NCBI RefSeq assembly: GCF_964355755.1
Contig: NC_092676.1
Coordinates: 16,758,871 to 16,822,870 of the forward strand
DNA length: 64,000 bases
Source: Antedon mediterranea
Taxonomy: Eukaryota > Animalia > Echinodermata
Reading direction: 5' to 3'
Positions 53,451 to 64,000 of this stretch are shown one piece after another. Positions within the stretch are counted from its first letter, which is position 1. The number at the start of each line of letters is the position of its first letter. The notes beneath the pieces are model-generated. The model was not told where the DNA came from. It saw only the letters and a program-made list of their open reading frames with translations, and made no database searches. A program made the position numbers and the translations under genes.

Positions 53451-55334
53451 TTCCGTTGTCGTCTAGGTCCAATGCAGCCTGCTATAACAACAATGATAAT
53501 AGCAGACTATCATTTGGAGGGCAATAACCGCCAAAAATACAATGTAATCGCGGACATATACGAGTACTCGTAGAAAAATACAACGTACTCGCAGAAACAT
53601 ACAACGTATTCACAGAAAAAAAAAGAACGTACAACTTAACTTACCGTATTCGATAAAAAAGACGACCACAAAAATCCACAACGTAGTTGCTAAAAAGAAT
53701 TCGCATAAAATGACAACGAAATGGGAGTGAGTGGGTATTTTTTTCTTTGTTTTATAGTTTTTGTATTTGTTTCGTTGGTTTGTTTCAAATGTTTTTAAAA
53801 TTTTACTGAGATTGTGATTTGTGTATGGATTTTTTTTTTACTGAAGGGGTTACCCAATATAAAGAATAAATAAATAAAATATAGAAAAAATTTCCATTTT
53901 ATAATGGGTATTAGAAAAAAAGCTTACGCATCAACTGCACGCATGGATGTACATTTTTGTTGTAGGAAGTTAGTAGTTTAGTGTTGTGTAGTTTATCCAC
54001 TAGGCTAGGCATAATCGCTAGGGTGAAGATGGAGGAGCGAACATTATAAGTTTTGAAAGATGGAGGTGGTAACCTTGATTAAATTAGAATGCATGTTTTG
54101 CATGTCTTAAGATAAACTATGCAGAAACTGTGTTTCAATCTGGAATTAAAAACCAAATTGTTCCGCTGAATACTTACAAAGCTAACTAATATAGTAGTAT
54201 ACGTGACGTGAATAAAACCGTTTTATCTAGAGGGCGTTTGAAATACTTGAATATAACCTCAGCCTACTGTAACATCATAAGATTTCACCGGGAAAAAATA
54301 TTTTTTTTTATTTGTGTTTCTTAATGCTAGCTATGTGCGATTAGGCTAAATTCACTACAACCATGTGTATGCGAATTTGGCATATGCGGCATATGGAACT
54401 AAAGATAGATGCAATGTGTTGCGTTTGGCCAGATGAAAAGGGCTACCTGTACATTTATAGATGTTGTGCCGCTGCACAATAATTACAAGATGAAGGTGTT
54501 AGCAAAATGACCAGCTACAATTACTTTGGCTACATGCAGTGTTTTTTGAAGGCATAGTGAAGGGATTTCAATCTACTTGAACTGTTTTGATGTATCACAT
54601 ACCTTTTTGTTATGTTTATGCTTGGAGGATGACTGTAGGTTATAAAGGATTCTGGTGGTGAGAGGATGCATTACCCATACGGGGAATGTATCCTCTCAGC
54701 TACTGATTTTGATGTTGGAAGCAAATGTTGGGATAGTGTCTGTACTCACATTGGCCATGTATGTGACATCGTTGTTTAGTTTAATAGTGCATCTATCTGT
54801 CTGATGGATTAGTTTTATCAAATATAAACTTGTCTTGATGAAAAACATCAATAATAAAACTCGTCCTAAATATTAAAAACTTAATCCTATAAATAATCTC
54901 TCTCAAACTAAAAAAAATAGTTAAAACAATTGTCAAGAGTAGAGAATCGATATCGCCTCAATATAAGCCCACTGAGCCATCCAGCTCGTCGATTCAATTG
55001 GGTGTTACTTTGTATATGAATGAATAAAACATACATTATACGTAAGCATTTTAACCGACCAATCAGAACAGTGTTTACATCTTTTCTTGAACTTTGAACT
55101 TTGTTTGGTGACATTTCCAAACATCCCAAGGCTTCCGAAGACGTTGCTTCCGAAGACATGCCGAATATAAAGTTCTTTGTGACGTCACGGGTTATTTAAA
55201 TAAAATCATAAAATTCACTTTTTGTCTCAGATATATACTGTTTCGTATGTTTTTCAGCGTTTCCAATCCATTCTAAGGCGTTCCATGCGCTACAATGTCA
55301 AAGTGTTTGCTACAACATACATATCTGAGGCATT

Positions 55335-56596
55335 AGGGAGGTTTCGCAACCTTACGAATACGATAATGAAAACGGATACGTGTCACACATTTGTGAAACT
55401 TTTGAGCTGATTCCCATTTCATATTCGTAAAGCGTATTCGTGTTGACGAATATCACCAGTCATATTCGTAACTACAAAACGAGTATAGTTTTTGATCTAT
55501 TTTGCACATTTTGCAATTGAATCAGGAATGATTCATGATTATAATATAATTATACTTTTATTTAAAGTAATTTACTAAAGTAATTTACTAAAATGCCATG
55601 TCGATTTTGATAAATAGCAGTTTTTAAAGTCCTCACTCCCTTTGATGTTACGCTAGAGGCCTAGGCAGCCAAGCACCAAGCAACACGTACCTGCGCTTCG
55701 CTCAAATTTACCGCAGTCATATTTTGGACGGCGCCCTCAATATTTCGTTGCCATGCGAAACAGATTTTTACTGGCTTATGAAAAACGAATACGTGTGCGT
55801 GACGTATCCGTTTTCGTTATCGTATTCATAAGATTGCGAAACCTTCCTATTTTAGGCCAATAGGGACCTAGAATACGATAACGAAAACGGATACGTCACA
55901 CATTTGTGAAACTTTTGAGCTGATCCCCATTTCATATTCGTAAAGCGTATTCGTGTTGACGAATATCACCAGTCATTATTCGTAACTACAAAACGGGTAT
56001 AGTTTTTGATCTATTTTGCACATTTTGTAATTGAATCAGGAATTATTCATGATTATAATATAATTATACTTTTATTTAAAGTAATTTACTAAAGTAGTTT
56101 ACTAAAATGCCAGGCCAATTTTGATAAATAGCAGTTTTTAAAAGTCCTCGCTCCCTTTGATGTTACGCTAGAGGCCTAGGCAGCCAAGCACCAAGTAACA
56201 CGTCGTACCTGCGCTTCGCTCAAATTTACCCCAGTCATATTTTGGACGGCGCCCTCAATATTTCGTTGCCATGCGAAACAGAAACAGGGTCTTCTCGGAT
56301 AAGGACTATAAACCGTAGGTCCAGTGTACACAGTTATAACCTGTGTGTACTTTAAAGAAACCCAGTTCATTATTCGAAAAAGAGTAGGGGTTACCCCGGT
56401 GAACTGGTTCACACAATAGCCCCTGTATCAGGGGGATTACCACCTATCTGATAGGACAGTGATTAATTCACTATTGGTAATCCTTGGCCACATTGCCTAA
56501 AGACATACAATAAAATAAAAAATAAAAATAAAAAAACGAATACGTGTGCGTGACGTATCAGTTTTCGTTATCGTATTTGTAAGAAAACTCCCTATT
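55335..56596. mobile_element. Tandem pair of a ~495-bp MITE (55335-55828 and ~55861-56596); the second copy carries a SINE
   Basis: TIR agggaggtttcgcaaccttacgaatacgataa...ttatcgtattcataagattgcgaaaccttcct; the two interiors are near-identical. Confidence 0.85.
56286..56536 (+). mobile_element. 5'-truncated Deu-domain-type SINE with A-rich tail
   Basis: ctcggataaggactataaaccgtaggtcc...ttaaagaa.ccc...ttcgaaaaagagtaggggttaccccggtg resembles the DeuSINE core as I recall it; ends in (taaaa)n. Confidence 0.7.
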
Positions 56597-56622
56597 ACAT
56601 GATTTCTCCCTACGAAAGTATT

Positions 56623-56892
56623 GAGTGTGTTCCTCCTTGCCAAAATACGCAAATTGAGGGCGCTATGCTTTGCCAAAATACTCAAAAAAATGCCAAAATA
56701 CGCAAATTGAGGGCGCTATGCTTTGCCAAAATACACAAATCATGCCATTTTGGCAAAGCATAGCGCCCTTAATTTGCGTATTTTGGCATGATTTGCGGAT
56801 TTTGGGAAAGCAGATTTGCGTATTTTGGCATGATTTGCGTATTTTGGCAAAGCAATTTGCGTATTTTGGCATGATGCTCACCAACCCCACTC
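56623..56892. mobile_element. Foldback element built of ttgccaaaatacgcaaat subrepeats
   Basis: The left half carries direct subrepeats and the right half their reverse complements; gagtg...cactc ends. Confidence 0.75.
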
Positions 56893-57809
56893 TTAAAAGC
56901 TTTAGTCGTGTACAGCGCCACCTACCGGTGGATCCGGGAATATTGCGTCCAGCCTTTCAAGTAACAATAGTTTCAGTTGACAAACGACAAAAGCAAACGG
57001 GTAAATTTGAAAAGAAATAGGTTTTTTAATACTACTCGTATAAAAAAAACCTGTAAATTAAATCAAATTATATTATAAAATTAGGCCTACAAATCAAAAA
57101 TTAAAACTCTTTCCTCTTGTACAAAAATGAAGTTTTTTTTGGACATTAAGTAGTTCTCGAGAAGCTGCAAGAGTACTTGCTACTTTAAAACTGCTCGCCG
57201 GCTTTTGAGAATTTTCTTCTATCTTTAACACTAGCAGAATTTATACCCTGGTCCGAATTACCTCCAAAAGTTATTGGAGTGGTTCTTGACCAAACATCTA
57301 TCTGTATATTCATTTTGGTAAAGATCTTGCAGTGACTTTTTAGCTGCGTGCAACCTGACTCTACAGCTCACTATGTCGGTCGGTTGGTCGGTAAACACTA
57401 ACTAGAGCACGGTACTGCAGTCATGTATTTGGCCTTGTTCAGTAATCCTGCTAACACAAGCGATCGACTGTTGGCGGAGGTGGTAAATAATATTCTTTTC
57501 CCACGCCTATATACATGTGGGCCGGGTCAAATTAGGGAGTAATTAATTCTCCTACCATGGGCCAATAAATTAGATAGGTCCATGCTCCTACCCTGAAATA
57601 TTTAGGCCTACATATACTGTAGTTTAGTTTATGATTATATTTTGTTCTGTACAGTGAGCCAGACTATGTTTACACAAAATATTTATTACTGATTGTTAAA
57701 CAACAATAATTGAAATAATAAACCATTTTATCTGAAGAAAGAACAATGATTCAAGTTGTTAGTCAAAAAGTCGAGCGGCGTTTTTTTATAAGAAATATGT
57801 CTTGTTTAG

Positions 57810-59186
57810 TTGGGAAGCCAGAAAAGGTTTACCTGCATCCTCTAGAAAACTATGCTAACCATGTTTTTCTGCTTCCTTCTATCAATTGTGTGCTGTTGGT
57901 CGATAAAACATGGGTCAATTAGGTCAATATGGTCAAAGTTAGACTTGGCGTAACTTGGTAACTACTGACTTTATTGATTTTTTTTTCATTCACTCTAATG
58001 GACAACTTTTGCTCAAAGTAGACGGAAACCCCTTTTTACTGACCACTGGTCAAGAAATTGGCTATATGAATATCTCGGCAACCACTGGTCAGAAAGTGAC
58101 AATTGTGGTCTCAAATCACTCGCAAAGTATATGTTTATATTTGTTATAGTGTAATAAAAATCATAAAACTGTCAATAAACCCCTAATTTTTACCTTTGAC
58201 ATAATAGCCGGCACATTTTTTTATTAGAGCACACTTTTCAAATCTCTGAAATTGTTGGGCGGATAGCATTATTTTTAACAAAGTAAATAAAAAAGTTATA
58301 ATATATTATATATTATATGTTGCTTATGTTTCTGAAATTTATTTTTTTGACATCCAACAACAATGTACATATTAAATGAAATTAATTAAAAACTCACACA
58401 TAATGTTAGAATAAATTGTGATTATACAGGTTTAATATTATCATTTCTAGGCTATGGAGGCTCCATGGCTAGGCTTACATATTAAAGGATTCTGCCAGGA
58501 AAGACAATTAATTCAGCAAGGCGACAACGTCAGGCTAGGCCTATAGCTGGCGTAACATGTTCGTACGTTACCGCTCTTTACCAGCTAGGCCTACACAACT
58601 AAGCCCGACTAAGCCAGGCCTAGAAACCTCTACGAGATAACTTTCGACGCGAGCTACTTAGGTAGTGATTTTTTTTTCTCTTTTTATCATAATTAACCTT
58701 AATACAACGCACATTTAAGACAAGAAATGACCTGGTTTAATGTATTTAAAGTTTGGCAAAAATGACTGTGAAACCACCAACATGTCAGCAACCACTAGTC
58801 AGGAAGTAATAATTTTAGTCTCAAAGTACTTGCAAAGTATATATTTATATTTGCTTTAATAATTTGAAGCCAATTATCAATTTCTGACCAGTGGTTGCTT
58901 AGATATTCTAGCCAATTTCTTAACCAGTGGTCAGAAAGGGGGTTTTCACTTTTAGCAAAAGTTTCCCATTAGAGTGAATAGATTTATTAGTCTTCTTAGT
59001 AGTTTGTCACAAAAAATATTCAATACACCCAGTAGTTACCTAGTTACACCAAGTCTTAACTTTGACCATATATACCATTTGGCCCTGTACTGACCAAGCA
59101 TCACAATTTGTTTCGACCAACAGCAAAAAAACAATGTTAACTTAGATTGCTATAGCGTGCAGGTGAACCCTATATGCCTCCCCAAA
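57810..59186. mobile_element. ~1.4-kb element with ~300-bp degenerate inverted arms
   Basis: 57893-58106 is the reverse complement of 58870-59124 (e.g. atggtcaaagttagacttggcgtaact / agttacaccaagtcttaactttgaccat). Confidence 0.75.
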
Positions 59187-59829
59187 TATTTGTTTTTGTT
59201 TCAGCGAATACGTTGTAAGTTTATGTGCATTTATTCTCTTGTTCTTTTCTGCGAGTACGTTGTATTTTTCTGCGAGTACGTTGTACGTTTCTACGAGTAC
59301 GTTGTATATGTCCGCGAAAACATTGTATGTTTATAATTGGTGATTGATGACTGCCTTCAATACTATGTACTGTAGGCCTACTATATTATATTAAATTAGC
59401 ACATTAGAACGTAGTTATGAAATCTTTATAATACTGATGATTTTAGGTTTAAATGAAAACAAGCCATGTTATTTTTTTAAATCATAATAATGTTTTGTTT
59501 ATTAAATTTATAATTCAATCAAAACCATCCATTGACGTATACTAATAGAAAACCGATTCTAATACCACAATAACAGAGAAATGTTTTGTTTTAGCAAAAA
59601 CCCTACGTTGAAGTTTCATGATGAAAACCAATACGGTTGTATCCAAACCATTGCCCGATCAGAACATACTCTTTCCAAACTCACTTGATAAACAATAAAA
59701 TAAAACTACACAATGACCCGACATATAAGAGTATAACAAGTTGTAAAAACGTTTTATAATATCAACTTTCACACAACTATGCGCAGTTTATTTATTATTT
59801 ATACTGTTTTGACTTGGCTATAATTAATG

Positions 59830-60140
59830 TACACTAGTAACTTTAAAGAAGTTATTACTTTGTAAATGTAAATTTTGATTTGAGTGTTGTAATCACTTTA
59901 GCCAGAAAATAATATAATAGCCTACCAACATTAAGGTCAGTTATAAAAAATATAATGAAAACCCGAATTCTATAAATTGTATAACAAACTAGTAGCTTTA
60001 AAGAAGTTATTACTTAGTTAATGTAAATTTTGATGTGGAATGTTGTAGTCATTTTAGCAAAAAAAATAATATAATAGCCTACCAACAGTAACGTCAGTTA
60101 TAAAAAAAACTAAAATGAAAACGTGAATTCTATAAATTAT
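59830..60140. repeat. ~155-bp tandem duplication
   Basis: actagta.ctttaaagaagttattactt...gaattctataaatt occurs twice consecutively. Confidence 0.85.
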
Positions 60141-61691
60141 ATATTATATACATATTGAATGTTGTTGTTTAAGTAAAATAATGTTAACAGAAAAGGGTTA
60201 TCCGAGGATCATCAAACATATAATGAATGGCTCTTTTTACCCTGTTGATGATTCGAGCACTTGTTATGCTTGATGTTGTTATTCTTATAATAAAAAAGAA
60301 CAGCATAATTAACATGGTAAACTTTATACATTAATCAATTATACATTCATGAATACCTGGAATAAAAACCATTCCACTAGTGGGGGACATTTCTTTAAAC
60401 CTAAATATTTCATATATTCATGCTATAGAGGACAACCTACATTTGGTTATACCAATTTTCTGTAGAGGTTGGGTTATTTAAAGTAATTTTAAAACTCAAA
60501 AAATATAATAAATGATTAATATACAGGCCTGGTTATTTCGCGCGAACTCTCCAATGTACGAATTGTTGTCGTCTACTAAAACGAAGGGCACATGTTTTTT
60601 TTCTTGGAATTCCTAGACAAAAACTTACAAATAGCACCATATAACATAATGACTTTTTCTAAATAGGTTTGTAATATAATTCTCGTCAAAAATATATATT
60701 CTAAAGTAAATAAAAAATAAATAATATATAACTTCAAATCAAATAAATATAAATAAATAAAAGCTTTAAAAAAATTAAACATAATAATACTGAGCTGATC
60801 TCTAATCGGCAATTTTCACCAAGCGACCATCTTTTTTCAGTCAATTTCATTCCAATGATTGCGGTTTACGATATGGTTAGTGTACATTTATTCTGTATTA
60901 TTATATTTTACTGTTTGGCAATCATTTTAAAGTAGTGAATAATCAAGTATTGTTAAATTCATAACGATTACAACGTTATTCTTTTATGTCCGCCTACGCA
61001 ACTTCCTTAAACTGACGATTGATGATAATTATTCTGGTATAATATAAATGCGCATGCTCAAACTAATACACTGAAGTTAAAGTACACAATTATAGTCAGT
61101 TAATCATTATGCTCATTATTCAAAAGTATAAGACGAGTTAAAGAGTTCATTTAACGGACGTTTGTCATAAAATATAGATTGAAAATACATTTAGTAAAGG
61201 TTAATTGTTTACATTCTACCTGAAACAATTGATTATTATTTTCAGATTTAACATTCATAAATAAACAACAATTTTGTTTGACTGATAGACGTTCTAATTA
61301 TCATTATTTCTTTTTAAATTGTACAATGTAACAAGAAAATTCACATTTTCTGTTCAATTATGTTGAAACTTTTTCAACTTATATATTTTGTAATTAATAA
61401 TTATTCGTATAGAAATTACTACAAGCACGCACGCTATCCACAAATCATGGAACTAGTATGATGTTTATTACATAGTTGTCAAATGTTATAATAAAAACCA
61501 GGGAAGAATGAAATGTCACTCTTCCCTGATTTTCGGGAACACACGAATCTTTCGGCTCCACTAACTAAGCCTCAAAATGAGACTTAGTATAAATATGAAA
61601 TAGTGTATCCATCCTATAATTGGCAAAATGCTTGCCGTTAAATGTGAAAGAAATAAAAGCAAAATCCTATTTATTATATTCGACTAAATGT

Positions 61692-62453
61692 CTATTGTTC
61701 TTCAATACCAAACGTTTCAGTTTCAGTCTTTTCCAGCCAATCCCTGACAAATTGATTTCTTTGATGTCTATCTTCGACAAGTTGTTCTGTACTTCCCGAA
61801 ACAAAAGTTGAATTAAAAGCTTGATTATAGATATCGTCATAAGATTCTCCATTTGCTGATAATAAACTAATTTTACTACTTCTTAACGTACCAGGAGAAG
61901 ATGGGCGAGAGTTCAATGAAACACTGCTCGTACAATTGCTCTTTCGTAAATTCCTTCCCCAAGACCTTTCAAACGCTTTCGTTAGGTCATTGCAAGACTT
62001 GCTTTGGTCTGCAGATCTTACTGCTGCTAATTCTGGACTTGTTAAACGTTTTTGATCGGATCTTCCAATAAGAAGATTACAGCATGAATTATGCAGAGCT
62101 AGATTATCACTATCTTTTAGTAACAACATTGAATGAGCTTTTCGTCTTCTCTCCTTCAGTAATGCTTCAGAATTTATGTCTTGGTTACTTTTACATTTTT
62201 TCATGTGTAAAGATGTTGAGCCAGTATCAACTGATAACCAATCAAAATCTTCGTTAGTTCCAGTCCCATCAACGTTGGCAATATGTTTTCGACGAATTCG
62301 CGGTGAACAGTAAACGTCGATTCCTTCATGTGGAAGTCCCGTTGTATCATCTTTGGATAAAACGTGTATACAAGATTCATTTGTTAGATCTTTACTTTGA
62401 TCACATTCCGGCTCAGAAATTCCAGGAACTATTCGTTTTCCAACAGTTTCCAT
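61692..62453 (-). CDS. Uncharacterised 253-aa Ser-rich hydrophilic protein (single coding exon)
   Basis: 762-nt ORF in AT-rich DNA; tttttttacag acceptor 24 nt before the ATG with in-frame stops upstream; no domain recognised. Confidence 0.7.
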   Translation of the reverse strand: METVGKRIVPGISEPECDQSKDLTNESCIHVLSKDDTTGLPHEGIDVYCSPRIRRKHIANVDGTGTNEDFDWLSVDTGSTSLHMKKCKSNQDINSEALLKERRRKAHSMLLLKDSDNLALHNSCCNLLIGRSDQKRLTSPELAAVRSADQSKSCNDLTKAFERSWGRNLRKSNCTSSVSLNSRPSSPGTLRSSKISLLSANGESYDDIYNQAFNSTFVSGSTEQLVEDRHQRNQFVRDWLEKTETETFGIEEQ

Positions 62454-64000
62454 TATTTATATCAATTTATGCTAGATCTGTAAAAAAATTAACAATGATT
62501 ACTAGACTAATAATAATATTGATGAAAGGAAATTTTACAAAATATAAAAAAGTAAGTCTCAATGTATGTCTATGTTAAATCAAACACAATTAACTCTGTA
62601 GTAAAACATAAACAATAAATGCCAGACATTTATAATCCACATATTTAACCAATACATACAATTATGTATAAACAATGAAAAAATGAAAAATATTTCACTC
62701 TGGGTATAACAAACGTCAAAGATTCAGACAAAAAATAAGACTGCGGATTTATCCAGAAAATGTCACGAAAATACAAGTCAAAATTGTATTTAAATATTTT
62801 ATTTCCTTTACGTTAGTTCGTCCGACTATTTTCTGAAAGTTTTTAACAAATTCACATTGTTATTCTACTATATTGTTTCACAGCTACAGCTATACATACT
62901 ATGCACTGATCGTTCCCATTCTGATTCAAAGAAAATACGTAAGAGTAACGTATGTAATTTGACCAATCACAAGCGATAGATTATCCGAACTGTCGCTTGC
63001 TACGATATATTTCGCTTGCATTGGTTCCTATTATGAACCAGACTTTACACGTTTTTTTTATGTTTATTTTACACTGCTGCGCAGTTTAAAATCAAATATT
63101 TCCAAGTATAGTAATACTGTATATGTTTTTTTCCACGATAGCATCACACATTTATCATCCTGAAATTGGGCGTTAATAGATATGATATATGGAATGAATT
63201 CTTAGACATTAAAATGATAAATATTCAGATATAATGGCACTCTGCACGTTGTCGTAGATCTGTCATTAATTTGCATAACAGAAAATCAGCGAAACTGATT
63301 ACACTGCAGCTGCAATCATATCAAATTTTGGTGAAGAAGCACTATATATTATTATGATTTATATTGTTTGGGTTGGGATGAATTTCATGTATCGAATCAC
63401 TTGCGATTCTTTGTTGGTACTGTAGTAGAATTAGTCTCGTCAAGCAAGGATTACTTCAACATTCGAAATGATATACTTATGATTATTTCCGATTATGAAC
63501 TATGACCCATGTGGGCGTGCACTTTAACCCCGTTCATCTTTCGGAAGGCTGGTTCACCCCCAGCCCATTAGTTTCAAGTTTTAAGTTTATTGTTTTACAT
63601 AATATAATAAATAATAATAAAAAAGAATATACAGAATATTTAAAAATGTATTGATAAATATAATTGTGTGAGGAGGAGGACACATTAAGCCAAGGCATTT
63701 TGTGGCAGCTATACGACATGAAGGGATCCTTTTGGTGAGATGAAATGTTATTGACCATAATATTGTGCACCATTAGGTTAAGGGCCAATATAATTGTCAT
63801 GGCAACATTGTCTAAACTTTTTGGGACATTGTCCATGTTAGTAACCCAAGCCATCTCACAATCAATTAAAGATATTTGTCCCCTTAAAACAATTAATTGA
63901 AAGTGAATAACTTTATCTACAAAACTAAAAAATTTCCTATTCAAAGTTTGATTTAATTCATCTTCATCATCTTCATGCTTTGTGAGACAAACATCTTAAA

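Noticed and set aside
56663-57020. ORFs with repeated CQNTQI/ICVFW peptides
   Set aside because: Translation of foldback subrepeats.
63534-63944. 136-aa minus-strand ORF
   Set aside because: Non-ATG start, low-complexity AT-rich end and no recognisable motif; possibly decayed transposon sequence.

Overview
AT-rich, intron-containing eukaryotic genomic DNA from an invertebrate animal. Deu-domain-type SINEs suggest a deuterostome, possibly an echinoderm (inference). All gene models were spliced by hand using GT-AG boundaries and frame continuity. Genes found: (1) a secreted Kazal + antistasin protease-inhibitor gene (-, 177-8210), head-to-head with (2) a complete 14-exon LMF2 gene (+, 8532-25754); (3,4) two tandem intronless paralogues encoding ~115-aa secreted PAN/apple-like proteins (-); (5) a 10-exon divergent SLC17/sialin-like transporter (-); (6) a signal peptide + BRICHOS-like domain + furin site + 25-aa six-Cys, Tyr-rich beta-hairpin peptide precursor (-, 45529-48936), with a TATA box and NF-kB-like sites upstream; (7) a 253-aa orphan ORF (-). 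Gene 6 is the most interesting item: it has the arenicin/alvinellacin precursor architecture but a different cysteine-ladder peptide. The rest is LINE fragments, SINEs, many MITE, foldback and Helitron-like elements, and minisatellites.
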